Origin: Octopus vulgaris
Taxonomy: Eukaryota
Assembly: GCA_951406725.2 (NCBI GenBank)
Contig: OX597830.1
Coordinates: 73,160,001 to 73,224,000 of the forward strand
Length of the DNA: 64,000 bases
Reading direction: 5' to 3'
The first letter of the stretch is position 1. Each line of letters begins with the position of its first letter. The translations under genes were made by a program, and so were the position numbers. The notes beneath the pieces were generated by a model. The model saw nothing but the letters and a program-made list of their open reading frames with translations. It was not told the DNA's origin and searched no databases. Positions 1 through 14,055 of the stretch are shown here, piece after piece.

Positions 1-1210
1 CACTCGACATGCTAGATATCATAGCCGCTGAAATCACTCACGAATCAGATATACCATGTAAGAAAACGAAACACGTTGGATAGTATAACCCCGTCTTTAC
101 TGCTTGGGAAAAAGACGGGTTGAAGTGAGTTTAATGGAGAGGATATAAGTACATCACAAGGCTAGAGGACAAATTAGAGGATAGTATATATGGTTTCATG
201 GATTTCATTGTTCCGGCTCTCATAGCTTGGCGTTCATATCCTGATTTTCCTTTCACCTATGCCAGCCATTCTTTTGGGAGCCGATAAGATGTTTCTATCC
301 TTTTATTAATTCTTTCAGTCTATTTAGTCTCTACTTTGTTAGGAAGTGATCAGATGTGGGCAAACATGGAGATGGATAAGCTACACCAGATCTAGAATTC
401 CCTCAAGATACGCCTAATGTCCCAACGGTGCTTTTGTGACTCTTGGAATGAACAGAGGACCTACTGTAAGGCAAACCATATTACAGGATAACAGGATACT
501 TTTGATCATGCAGAATGCCTTTCAATGCCCACTCGATCATAGCTGATCTAAGGGTTAAAATAATAGCAACATCAACCACAGCAACAACAAGACCCTCCAC
601 AAAAACACATCCTCATAAATATAAAGACGTCATATGTAATATTCTCAAGTTACAGCTTCCGTTAATCTCGCGATGAGGTTCACAAGAAATGGGACAGAAC
701 TTGTGATAAGCTTCCTTGATTTCCGGTTTGAACCAGTTTTGTATATGCCCTTATGCCAAGGATACCTCTAATAAGATATGGTTTTCATAACACTTAATTT
801 TTTCCGATATGTGAATATCTATGTGTGTGATTGTGTGTGTGTGTGTGGGTATGTAGTTTGTAAGCATGCGTGTATATGTATATATACATATATATATATA
901 TTCACACACACATACATATATAAACATGCATGTATATATAAAGTACATGTATATATATATATATACATACATATCGTTACTATTATGTTGTGTATCCAAA
1001 TTTCTCCAAATGCGGTTTTTTTTATCTATATCTATATTTATATATATGTATATACTGTATTAATAAAGATTCAAAAACATCACAAAAACTGTTAAAATCT
1101 GAGTAACAGTTTTTGAATGCATTTTCAGCTTTATTAATAAAACAAATTATATAAAGCATATTTATATTAATAAAGCATGTTTTATCGTTTCACATTTATG
1201 TGCTTACTCT

Positions 1211-1275
<65 letters not shown>

Positions 1276-1295
1276 GGTATTTTACCCGCCCTATA

Positions 1296-1340
<45 letters not shown>

Positions 1341-1846
1341 TTTATAGTATTATTTGATTGAACGACACGCAACCATTTCCAAGTAAGTTTATATTAATAT
1401 CTGCGTGTGTGTGTGTTTGTGTGTGTGTATCTGTATTTCTCCTCTCACTGCTTGACAACTGGCGTTCTGTAACTTAGAATAAATACCAGCCTGAAAACAT
1501 AATGCTGGGATCGATTCGTTCGACTAAAATTCTACAAAGCGGTACCCCAGCATGGCCGGAGACTAATGACTGAAACAACTAATGGACAAAAGATACGCGC
1601 GCAGACACTCGCACACAAATACAAGATTGAGTGGACAAACGAAAGAAAAAAGCACTCAGCACATTTCGTAGAAATTACATGAATTATTTAAAATAATTTG
1701 ATTCAGTTCAACGAGATTTAAATTTTAGCAGGCGTGTAACCGAATCCAATCTCTTTCAGACTATGGCTAACCGAATCGCTCACATTTTACTATTGGATCG
1801 GTAATCTAAAACAATTATATGTGTGTACATATGTACTTGTGTAGAT

Positions 1847-2417
1847 AAGGGGTTCTCAACCATATTGTATCTATGGGCCCCTTTGATATTACTATTTTAT
1901 TCTGATGGATCCCCCACCCACCATTCGCTGTTTAAAAACTAAATTCATTGATATTTCTTTCAGAATTCCTATTTCGTTTTACACACATCAACTTTTGTAG
2001 GTTGAACTATGTAAAATATTAGTTTCAAATTCGGGCACAAGGCCAGCAATTTCGGAGAGGAGATAAGTAGATTACATAGACGCCAGTGTTCAACTGGTAT
2101 TTATTTTATAGACCCAGAAAAGATGAAAGGCAAAGGCGACCTCGGCGAAAATTGAACTCAGAATGTAAAGGCGAATGAAAATGCGGTTAAGCAATTCGCC
2201 TGGTGTGCTAACGATTTTGCCAGCTCGCCGCCTAATAGTTTCTGTAAAATATTAGAGAAAGAAAGCTAGGTTTTTCATGCAATATATTCCAGTACATACA
2301 TTTAAAGCAAGATTTTTTCCAACATCTTTAAAATACTATTGTAGATCGCCAGTTTATTCTTTTGCTGCGTTGACACCAAAAATCCCATATTGATTGGATC
2401 CCGGTTGAAAACCACTG
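1847..2417. mobile_element. Old non-autonomous hAT (Charlie-like) MITE, interrupted by a SINE
   Basis: Termini AAGGGGTTCTCAACC (1847-1861) and GGTTGAAAACCACTG (2403-2417) are imperfect 15-bp TIRs of the CAG(G/T)GGTTCTCAACC type. The 8-bp flanks GTGTAGAT/GTGCAATT match at 5/8, consistent with a decayed TSD. Confidence 0.55.
2023..2232 (-). mobile_element. tRNA-derived SINE, family B (Nin/Deu-domain-like), nested in the hAT MITE
   Basis: Minus strand has head GGCGGCGAGCTGGC, B-box-like GAGTTCAA and a GCCTTTCATC...AATACCAG core. It is flanked by a 13-bp duplication TGTAAAATATTAG (2010-2022, 2243-2255). Confidence 0.8.
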
Positions 2418-2483
2418 GTGCAATTTGATAGATAGATTAATAGATAGATAAATATGAATGTTACATTGAAAACTTCCATACTA

Positions 2484-3051
2484 TTGGGTTGACCGGAAAG
2501 TTCGTGCCGACTTATAGCAGCTTACCTTTCGACTTATTTTAGAATATGGTTGAATCCATAAAATAGGATTGACTACACCTCCATTTAGTGCACAGTTTAA
2601 GCTATCTTTTCGTGGAAGAAGATTTATGTTCCTATAACCTCTGTGTTAATTCTGTAACCCTTTAAAATGGAAGATAAGAAAGTTCATTTTCAGCACTTGA
2701 TGCTTTGGGAACCAGACAAAAATTGCAACAGCTCGGCTTGGATGTGTTACCCCACCCTCCATATTCACCAGATATTGCTCCTTCGGATTTCTACTTATTC
2801 AGGTCTCTGCAGAATAGTCTTAATGGTAAAAATTTCAATTCGTTGTATGACGTAAAAACATAACTTGATGAATTCTTTGCCATTGAAACCAACTCACTTC
2901 TGGGAAGAGGGTATTTTCAAGTTAAAGGAAAGATGGAGATGCATTGTGCAACAAAATGGTTCATATTTGGTTGATTAAAAACGTAGTAGCAAGTATTTAT
3001 TGACCTTTTTCTTTCCTTTAAAAATCGGCACGAACTTTCCGGAGAACCCAA
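2484..3051 (+). mobile_element. Internally deleted mariner element (mellifera-like ends)
   Basis: TA TSDs at 2482-83 and 3052-53; TIRs TTGGGTTGACCGGAAAGTTCGTGCCGA / TCGGCACGAACTTTCCGGAGAACCCAA. The transposase N-terminus MEDKKVHFQHL (2667) is joined out of frame to the C-terminal segment QLGLDVLPHPPYSPDIAPSDFYLFRSLQN (mariner YSPDLAPSD motif). Confidence 0.92.
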
Positions 3052-3738
3052 TACCAAATTCTGTCAAACCAAGGCCATGAAATTAAATGAAATATGAGGA
3101 AATGAAGATTAAAAAAAAACAAAAAACGAAAATGAAAGAACGAAAAGAAAAGAGAAGAAAAGCAGATTTGCATATGTGCCGCGCTGCGAAACCCAACCTA
3201 TTACTAAATTATGGTGGAGCGAACTTCTGAACCACATAACCACGCCTTCGATAGTGATTCAATTAAGGGCTTGCGGAGAACTTTTTTTTTCTTTTTCTCT
3301 TTTCTATATTTCTACCCTGCACTGTACTTTTGTTAACCGTCTTATTAGCTTGTGTTTTTATATTTGTCCTATATGCGTGGATGTGAGGAAGTGCTCACTT
3401 TCCTTTGTAACTCACTGGGACTGTTGTGATCTTGGCTAGACGAGAACTTGTTGTCTATTACACTAAAGAAACTTGTGGTATAATGAGTATAACATACATT
3501 CTTTCACTCATTCTCTTACTCTCTCTCTCCCTCTCTCCCTCAGTTTCCCTCATGCTTTCTTTAACTCTCTCTCTCCCTTTCTCTCTTTCTGTATACAACT
3601 ATATATATTACATACACACGTATATACACACATACATATATATATATATACACACATATATATATATGCAAATATATATATATATATATACACGAATATA
3701 TATATATATACACATATATATATATATATATATATATC

Positions 3739-3836
<98 letters not shown>

Positions 3837-4314
3837 TATACATATATATACATATATATGAATATATATATATATAAAGATATATGTGTGTTTGTGTGCG
3901 CACGCGCGCGCATCTGTGTCACGTAAGCATCTGTGTCGCGCGCCCTTTCTATGTACGTATATGTCGAACGTACTCTTTGACTGTTCAGCTGGTTCATACG
4001 CGTTCTCGCTCTTCGTTATCTAACACAAACGGGCGCACAAGCATACTCGCAAATACGACCCCACATGCACACTCACATATACACGACATATCTTTCTCTG
4101 TCTCTGTCTTTCCCTCTTTCAACCCTCTCTCTTTCTCTCTCTCTTCGTTTCAATGTCTCTTTTCGCAGATCTTTCTGTTTCTTATTATAACTCCGTTGTT
4201 TGTCAATTTGTCGTCCATATATGTGTGTGTGTGTTTGTGGGGGGGGATGTGTATGTATGTGTTTATATATGAGTGTGTGTGTGTGTATGCGTGCGTGTAT
4301 GTGTGTGTGCCTGA

Positions 4315-4345
<31 letters not shown>

Positions 4346-4635
4346 TATATGTATGCATATGTGTGCGTAACTATTCTTGTCAGTTAATTCGTTTACCATT
4401 CTCCTCTTGCATTTAATTGAATATCAGCTTTTCTGGCTGTAAAAATGCCTGCCATAAGGAAGGAGACGTAAAATGTCCCAGGTTGGGTCTACGGGAAACG
4501 AACCCCCTCCTCTTCTTTAGAGAGAATTCTAAACTTATTTCACTCTGTGGAATGACTGTCATTAGTATAAGTCGGCCATCATCACTAATTCTTTCACATT
4601 TTACTAAAGATTCTTGCGGATTATCTGATAACGTT

Positions 4636-4704
<69 letters not shown>

Positions 4705-4705
4705 A

Positions 4706-4760
<55 letters not shown>

Positions 4761-5628
4761 ATAGCTCGCCATCAAACCATCGAACTGTTTCGTATCCATC
4801 CGCCAGCCTCTCTGTCTGCCTATCTTATCATTAGTACAACACTGAAAAAAAATTGTAACAAAAAAATTAAAACTTCAATTGATCCAAACTACTTTCGGTT
4901 CACAATGTTACGGACCCCATCAGAGAAGTGGAAAAGACACTCACCCATGATGCGAGCTTGAAACCAGCATCACGAAGTTGCGAAGCAAATTTCTTAATCA
5001 CACAGCAATAACATTATGTCCGTATTTTAATGAGATTTCACCATATAATCTTTACAGCCATTCACTTGCAAACAAGAATGTTATCAGATACACGTAAAGA
5101 TCGTTCATTTAAGATTTTGTTTACTATCAAAACATTCTCTTGTTCCATCTTTCAAAATGTTTTAGAAACGAGGTTTGTGGAACTTGTTGATAATCAGAAA
5201 GACTGTGGTTGTTCATGTTAATACGTATTTGCAAACTGTTCCTATCGCTGTTTCACCAATATGATAAGAAAATTGAACAATATTCGGCTTGTAATGAATA
5301 TTAACTGCAAAAATAAAGCTATAAAATCTATCGTTTACATAAGTAGATATTTCAAACATAGACAAAGAATGTATAAGAACACGATAAACGACACAAGTAA
5401 GTTTAAGACTGAAATCTTCTTCTCCAAATCCAAAACACACACAAACCATTTACACACACACAAAACATTTACACATACACACATACTCACTCAAATACAC
5501 ACACTTACGCACACACACACAACGTACACTCGCCGATACTTGCACATATATACAGACATATATGCATAGACATGTTTGTCTGTCTGTCTGTGTATGTGTC
5601 TCTCTCTCTGTCTCTATATTTATCTCTA

Positions 5629-5745
<117 letters not shown>

Positions 5746-6148
5746 CTATATATATATAAATGGAATAAAAATACAATAGAGGGCATTAAAACATTCGGAC
5801 AGATAGACGATACAAAAGCGGACAAGAGAAACAACAATTAGTTGGACAGGCAAAAAAAGACGAGTCATTCTTGACTTTCTTTAATCATTCAAGTCCCAGA
5901 AGTGACGACCATTTCGAACAGTTACACCTGAGATAGTTCGATGTTATATATATATATATATATATATACATATATTTTTTAATAATATATTATTATTATT
6001 ATTAATATCCAAACTCATCATAAAGTTATACCTGTGTGAAAGACCTTATTGTATTAAAAATATATGTAAAAATAAATAAATATAAAAATATAAATATAAT
6101 GTATAAGATAAATTTGATAGTTTAAAAGTTTTGAAGTAATTATTGAAG

Positions 6149-6228
6149 CATCTTACGATCGTTTCGCAGAAGAATTGTCCCTATAATGAAATCCTATATT
6201 GATAAGCATTTATAGACAACCCTTCTGC
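6149..6228 (-). ncRNA. Truncated hammerhead-like fold (long stem II, GAA, palindromic stem III; 5' core missing)
   Basis: Minus strand reads GCAGAAGGGTTGTC...GACAATTCTTCTGC (stem II), then GAA ACGATCGT A AGATG. The CUGANGA side is replaced by the adjacent (GA)n tract. Confidence 0.4.
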
Positions 6229-6251
6229 TTTCTCTCTCTCTCTCTCTCTCT

Positions 6252-6396
<145 letters not shown>

Positions 6397-7072
6397 ATAT
6401 GTATGTATATATTTATGTATATATATATACCGGTGGCGACCCAGTATATATTTTATTGAGCCTGGTCGCAGTTCGTTTATTTTCGTTCAAGGTCTAGCGG
6501 TCGTCTTACAGATGCACTGTGTCAAAAAATATTCGTAGCCGACGTTCTCTCGACATCATTCACACGCACCTGACACGGGCTCAGAAGTTACAGCACGAGT
6601 TGTTATCTATGATAGTGAAAATTAAATGTAATTCAAATTCAATGTTTTCTTGAAACTACAAACTTATTTCTATAGAGATTAGAATTTAAATGAAAAGCGT
6701 CCGTTCTACAATATTCTTAAAGGAACGAACAATTATCCAGCACACGAACAAATTTGGCAGGTGTAAAAGACTAACAAGCATCTCTTGTCTTCTTAACAGG
6801 CGACACTCCGCTGTCACATTTGATTGCTGCTATTCTGGCGTCTGTGTCTAAAGATCAGTTGAGTGTTGCAGGGTTGCTTTATTTTTACTGTTACCTTAGA
6901 AATGGAGAAAAGCATAGTGCTATATATATATATATAAAGCCATTTGGGGCCGGAAATATTGCAGAAAAACATGAAACTCTTCGAGCAGGCTTGGGTCTTA
7001 TGCGAAATCTATGAAGAGCCCGAATTGCAAAATCTGTGACGAGCGCAACTAACATTGATGACCTGGGGATGT

Positions 7073-7121
<49 letters not shown>

Positions 7122-7156
7122 ATATATATATGTATGTATGTATGTATGTATATATG

Positions 7157-7223
<67 letters not shown>

Positions 7224-7227
<4 letters not shown>

Positions 7228-7442
7228 AATAGTTAATCCAAACATGAAAACACAAAGAGAAAACACAACAACGCGAGGACGTGGAACGAATATAGTATTA
7301 TTGGATGCTCAGGAAAGAAGGGAAGAAGGAGGGTTTAACGTTTCGAGCGGAGCTCTTCGTCAGAAACATAGGAAAAAGTAAAAATCCAGAGAAGGGAAGA
7401 CAGAGGGAAAAAAATCCCCAACGGTACACACGGAGTCACATT

Positions 7443-7447
<5 letters not shown>
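7224..7447 (-). mobile_element. (TA)n-embedded Penelope-like pseudo-LTR fragment with hammerhead motif
   Basis: About 220 bp of complex sequence between two (TA)n tracts; contains the hammerhead at 7333-7367. It shares the blocks GAGAAAACACAACAA, GA(T/C)GCTCAG and GCTCTTCGTCAGAAA with 32099-32310. Confidence 0.6.
7333..7367 (-). ncRNA. Minimal type-I hammerhead ribozyme motif
   Basis: Minus strand: GTTT CTGACGA A GAGC TCC GCTC GAA ACGT T AAAC. This gives stem I GTTT/AAAC, an intact core with an extra A after A9, stem II GAGC/GCTC and palindromic stem III. Confidence 0.65.
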
Positions 7448-7530
<83 letters not shown>

Positions 7531-8199
7531 TAGATATATATAAATATATATATATATATGTGTGTGTGTGTTTGTGTGTGTGTGTGAGAATATATAGGTA
7601 TATATATGCATTTAAGCATGTATACACACACACACAAACATACACACACACATACGCGTGCATGTATCTGCAGATAGAAAGACAATTAGGTAGCTTGCAA
7701 GCTAAATAGATAGATAGACAGATGGACAGACAGACAAGCAAACAGACAGGCAGACAGGCAAGTAGACAAGATAACCCTATCCAATTTGCGTAAAAATAGA
7801 TTCACCATAAAGAAAAAATATGCAAAGACTTTATACCTACATAGCAAATAGGGACTTAAAAGACGATCTCGAATTCATAACAAACAGGGACTTATAAGAT
7901 GCTGAGACAATTAAGAAATGCAAAAATAATGAAAGAAAAACGACAACGTTATAAATATATATATAAAAGAGATCAGTGATCTTTCTTCACAATTATCGTT
8001 TTCGGTTGCCATAGGTATACTAAACAAACGGAAAATTCATGAAGGAATCAAGCAAAAGTTTTAACTGTGGTAGATCAGTTTTTGGTGATGGATAGCGAGT
8101 GTGTATGTGTATGGGTGTGTGTATCTATAAGAATAAACATATATATATATATATATATATATATAGATATAGATGAATGGATAAGTAACTATATATATA

Positions 8200-8263
<64 letters not shown>

Positions 8264-8264
<1 letters not shown>

Positions 8265-8362
8265 CACGTGATCACGTGACCGACCAGACCATCAGATGTA
8301 GTTACACATCGCTGGTCACAATGCGTTCGCATTGTTTTAGCCTTCGAATGACGCCACCCCGC
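8264..8362 (-). mobile_element. Short (TA)n-embedded repeat, probably a truncated non-LTR element end (copy 1)
   Basis: Near-identical to 13849-13967. Both copies share the terminus TCACGTGATCACGTGA abutting (TA)n and differ in length at the other end. Strand is inferred from that asymmetry. Confidence 0.55.
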
Positions 8363-8436
<74 letters not shown>

Positions 8437-8515
8437 GAAGGCTTCGAATGATTTGTCTGTGTTCTGTGTTTGTCCCTTCCTGTATTTCACGTCCTTTATA
8501 TATAAAACATTTATT

Positions 8516-8560
<45 letters not shown>

Positions 8561-9009
8561 ATGGATGAATAGATAGAATAGTATGTGTGTGTGTGTATGT
8601 GTGTATATATATATATAAATCACAAGCAAACAGACAGACAGATACATAGAGAGATAAACACATACACACATATGTATATATTTATACATACAAGTGACTG
8701 GCAAACAAACCGACAGACAGACAGAGAAACAGAGAGACAAACAGATGTATTGTTAGATAGATAAACAAATTTATATCTATCTATCTATCTATTTATCTAT
8801 CAATTTATATATATATATATTCCTTAACAACAATAGTATAGATAGTGACTTCGAAGCTTCAGCCAGCGAGGCCATCATGCGATGATGCATTAGTTACTGT
8901 CAATACTATTGTTGTCAACTTGTACTTGTCTAAATGTATTGGAGTAATATCCTTCAATTTACTGTAAAATTGTTCTTATTAGATCATAAAAGCAAGCATT
9001 TATGTGTGT

Positions 9010-9040
<31 letters not shown>

Positions 9041-9059
9041 AGAGAGAGTTTTTTTGCCA

Positions 9060-9238
9060 TTCACTTGTTTCATTCATGTTGGAGTATCGCCTTGAGGAAG
9101 TTTAGTTGATCGAATCAACCCCTCTGTTTATTATTTTCAAGCCGCTAGGTCAGGGAGTCATAAACACACCAACACCGCTTGTCAAGCAGTAATGGAGGAC
9201 AAAAAACATGCGCACAAATGCACGCTCATACATTCACC

Positions 9239-9290
<52 letters not shown>

Positions 9291-9412
9291 ATGTACATGA
9301 CAGTCTTTCTGACTGTCTACAAATCTACTCACAAAGCTTTGCTCGGCCCGATGCTATAGTAGAACCATTTGCTTGGAAAATATAATTCTTACCGTACAGC
9401 CTCACCTGCGCC
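9060..9412 (-). mobile_element. tRNA-derived SINE family A, degenerate copy
   Basis: Minus-strand head GGCGCAGG...GGCTGT, central TA/CA microsatellite and GGCGATACTCCAACATG...GAAACAAGT tail, all homologous to 60357-60778. Confidence 0.7.
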
Positions 9413-10448
9413 AATACATATGCGTGTATGTATGTATGTATGTATGTACGAATAGAAAGGAGCTTATTTAACGTGGACACATCGTGAAACATCGATAACT
9501 ATGCAAAAGTGGATTGCAAATGTTGTAGAAGTAAACAGGTTCTGTGTAATAATGAGTATTTCTTTTGATTTTGCTCTTGTTATTTCTGCAAAGATTGTTG
9601 ATCCTTTCTCTTTTTTTTTTTTGACTCTGTATTTCATGATGATGTTGTTGTTGTTGTTGTGTCTTTTGCATGTGAAGGTATAATATTTGAATAATTGTTT
9701 AATGACGAGCGTAGGCCGGCCAGCTATTTACTTTAATTGTAAATATCTAAGATGGTTGATGTTGCAATTTTCTGTCTGGTTTTTCCGTTTTAGCCCAAGA
9801 GGAATGGTGACAAAATGCACAAAGAGAAGTATATATAAAATATATATATATATAATATGTAAGAAAATTAACATCGCTAAATAAGAGAAAAGCCTGGTAC
9901 ATGCGAAACTCATCTTAATTATTTGAATGCACCAATTATATATATAAAGTACATGTGTGCGTGTATGTGCGTGTATCTACATGTCTACTGATATCGATAT
10001 GTTCAACTGAACGTAGCAATTACTGTCCTATAATAACAGGATTCATAATAGAGCCATACAATACATCTTGCAATTTACATACTTGATAGGACAATTAAAG
10101 AGAATAATTTGATATTTCTGTACAATGTTACCTTATTCATAGCAAGGATGAAAAATGAACAACAATAGCCAAAAGGAATTAAAGAAAGGCTTCCAAAAAT
10201 GGACGTTTACTCTGAGTGGAGATTTTAGTAACATAAAATATCTAACTTGGAATCATTCTAAAGAATTTGCTTACGTTGAGAGAGAGAGAGTGAGAGAGAG
10301 TGAGAGGGGGAGAGAGAAGACGTGAATGAGTGAGAGAGAAGTAGTGAGTGAGAGAAAAAGACAGAAAGTGAAAGAGCGTAAGAGCATGAGATAGAATGAC
10401 AGAGAATGAAAGAAAGGGTTCTTTGGAGATGGTGTGCTTAAAAAAGAG

Positions 10449-10495
<47 letters not shown>

Positions 10496-11142
10496 TACAC
10501 ACACACACATATTAGAGTTACGGAATGGAGTATGGGAAATCAGGGCTAGATCCGTTTCATAGCAAGTGGAGCCTCGAATGCTAAGAATGCACATATGTAT
10601 GCACTCCGGTAAAATATATATACAAGGCGACCCCAATAGGGATGGTTGAACAATGAAAAGGCCACAGTTAATGATGGTGAAAAATTTGAGATTTGCCGAC
10701 GACCGGCAAATATGGAGGCAGGATATTCAATCCTACACAGGAATATGAGCTTTAATTGGTTGATTGAGGTCAATTTCTGTTCTGCTTTCATTCAATAAAT
10801 AATCTACACTTCTGATTTTAGTTCAAAGTTTCCTGTTAATTTATATTCAGTTATATTTTAGCCGGACTAAAAATAAATTAGCAATGTACTGAAATGAAAG
10901 GGTTTGAAACCATGTCGGAATTTTAGATTGCTGATTACCTATCTCCAGTCTGACGGAAGAATGCCAGAAACGAGCAATAAATTCTGTCATCATATTTATC
11001 TATCAACAACGTCGTTTGTTCATGAAACATTCAAATTATGGTTATTTTTTATAATTATCATTAACATAATCTTTATTATCATCGCGCTGACTACTGCTAC
11101 TACTCCTACTCCTACTACTACTACTACTACTACTACTACTAT

Positions 11143-11205
<63 letters not shown>

Positions 11206-12242
11206 TATCATTATTATTATTGTTATTATTACCATCAATATCGGGATCTTCATTTTAATTAATTTTATCTTAATTCTTTACCGCATATTACTTCTGTAAA
11301 TCAAGAAAATGCAGCGAGGTAGATAGATGGGTAGATAGATAGATAGACAGATAGAGTGAGGGAGAAAGAGAGGGAAGCGTCTGCTGAGGATGCTAAAAAT
11401 CCGATGTTCATAAAGACATCATGTATTCCTATCGCTTCCAACGATACAATCTCGTCGCCATTTTGTTTTCGTTTTATCGTATGACGAGATCTGCGGTTAA
11501 GAGAAAACTTGACGACAAACATAATAACGTAGTGACAATGTAGACGATAAGTGATGTTATGCACCTCCACCTCCCTCCTTCACACACACAAACACACATC
11601 ACACAAAAGGACATAAATAAAATTAAAATAAAAGGAAGGCAAACGATTATGATGACGGCATCCATGTTACCGGTTGGAGATGTTTAATAGTTGATGTCTT
11701 CGTTGGTTCCTTTCAATGTTGAATTTCATTTGTTAATGATGTCATGTGATCAAAAGTATTGAATGAGAGCTCTCTGCCATTGTAAGGTCGTATGTATCTT
11801 TATGTTGTGTTGTTGCTATTGTTGTAATTGTAGTTCCTTTTGTTATTGTTGTAGTTACTGTTGTTATAGGTCAGATGTGATTCTACACGCCTGTGATCAA
11901 ACACATTCTAAGATTAACAATTTCATCTTTGCTGGAAATCCACGACATTATCCAAAATGTCTTTCCTAAGACAGTACGTATATCTGAAGGAAAAATGACG
12001 ATAATTTCTCGCAAGTTGAGTAACCACATCGTGAATTCTTTTGATGTTCCGATGTATGTTTGATGTTCTTGCTGTTTAGCCCTGGTCAGTCCTGATCCAG
12101 TAGTCTTCTTGTCAAAAGCAATATAATCGCGATCATTCCAGTGGTTTCTTTTCTTGTCTTTTTCTTTTTTGACCAATAACAGATTGCATTGTATGGGATT
12201 TGTGTTTATATCGACATTATAATTCCCTAGTCCTTATATTAT

Positions 12243-12475
12243 ATATTTCTTTGCTACCCACAAGGGGCTAAACATAGAGTGGACAAACAAGGACAGACAA
12301 AGGGATTAAGTCGATTACATCGACCCCAGTGCGTAACTAGTATTTAATTTATCGACACCGAAAGGATGAAAGGTAAAGTCGACCTAGGCGGAATTTGAAC
12401 TCAGAACATAACGGCAGACGAAATACGGCTACGCATTTCGCCCGGCGTGCTAACGTTTCTGCCAGCTCACCGCCT
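12243..12475 (-). mobile_element. SINE family B, full length with TSD
   Basis: Head GGCGGTGAGCTGGCAGAAACGTTAGCACGCCGGGCG, B-box GAGTTCAAATTC; perfect 15-bp TSD TAGTCCTTATATTAT (12228-12242, 12476-12490). Confidence 0.9.
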
Positions 12476-12992
12476 TAGTCCTTATATTATCGAGTCCGAG
12501 AGGGTGTATATTATTGCTCTTTGCTGTAAAACAAAGACTATCACTTTCGTTTCTTTTGTTTACTTCTCTCAGTCATTGAACAACGAACGTGCTGGGACAA
12601 AGCCTTCAAGAGTTTAGTCGAAAATGCACCCCACCACATACACACACAAACTTACAAACGCATATATTTATAAATGTATATTTATAAATATAGACACACA
12701 AGTGAGCACGTAAGTGCAAAACAAGGTGGAAAAATTGTACTTGAATATCAAAGATAGAGTAATATGCTTTTATTAAAGCTGCAAAATTATCGCAGAATTC
12801 TTTCAACTTGGTTGCACCTGCAAGGTCAGGTGCTCTTTATCTTGGATATGAAATCGTTAATTTGTGCACAAATCGTTGTGATGCATGTGCCTGGTGTACC
12901 CTTATTAGACAGTTAGTCACGATCAGTATATTTAGGCATTGTATATTTGTACCCGGTGTCACGTTGTTGGCAAGCATTGCACTCTCACACAG

Positions 12993-13006
12993 TAATAATA
13001 ATAAAA

Positions 13007-13045
<39 letters not shown>

Positions 13046-13062
13046 TATCATTATTATTATTA

Positions 13063-13128
<66 letters not shown>

Positions 13129-13156
13129 TTATTATGATTATTATTATGATGATAAT
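12993..13156. repeat. Self-complementary (AAT)n then (TAT)n trinucleotide tract
   Basis: An (AAT)n run switches directly into its reverse complement (ATT)n near 13044. Confidence 0.9.
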
Positions 13157-13805
13157 ATACATTTGTTCAGATATTACTGGTGCAAATAAACAAAGCCCGT
13201 GCACACACACATGCACACGCATACACAAGAAACAATTTTTAAGGATTTTCTAAGTTGTCGCTCGAATGTATAGAAAGAACAAGATTCCAAATTTTAATTC
13301 TAACGTTTTGAAAGACAGTTACACAATAAAGACAAGGAGAAAATGCGGAATTCTCACCGTTGGTGTACATTTGATATTGCGTCTGCTCATTCAAGATTGG
13401 AATGGTGCCAAAGAGCAACATATTTTCCCACGCTGTTTAATAGACAGAGGCTTCAAATATATATAGAGTCGAACAATGAACCATTTAAAATTTACATAAA
13501 TTTGCATTACTATTTTTATTGTAGAGAATACAATAGTTTCTTAGATCACTTTCGGAGTTGTATTTTCTCAACAATAGACCATAATAATGGATTTCTGTAA
13601 ATTTAGCAGCTTCAGTTTCCTTATAGTAAAACATAGTGATCGATTGTATTGATTGTCTCTCATAATAAGTGATTATGCCGAAAGGGAAATGGCGAATATT
13701 AGATTATATAATCATATAAAATTATGTGTATGTAATTAAACATATACTTCCACACACAGATATATATTTATATAAAGAGAGATACTTAAATATATATATA
13801 TGCGC

Positions 13806-13848
<43 letters not shown>

Positions 13849-13855
<7 letters not shown>

Positions 13856-13967
13856 ATCACGTGACCGACCAGACCATCAGATGCTGTTACACATCGCTGG
13901 TCACAATGCGTTCGCATTGTTTTAGCCTTCGAATGACCCCACCCCGCTGGCTAAGCGTGCAGGCCAA
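13849..13967 (-). mobile_element. Short (TA)n-embedded repeat (copy 2 of the 8264 family)
   Basis: Same sequence as 8264-8362, extended by about 20 bp; flanked on both sides by (TA)n. Confidence 0.55.
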
Positions 13968-13987
13968 TATATATATATATATATATT

Positions 13988-14052
<65 letters not shown>

Positions 14053-14055
<3 letters not shown>

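Noticed and set aside
4885-4927. Minus-strand CTGATGG...CCGAAAG hammerhead-like words
   Set aside because: The core is altered and stems I and III do not pair convincingly.
7043-7078. TTGATGA...CTGA resembling C/D snoRNA boxes
   Set aside because: The boxes are only about 12 nt apart, there is no terminal stem, and the segment sits at a TA-flanked repeat end.
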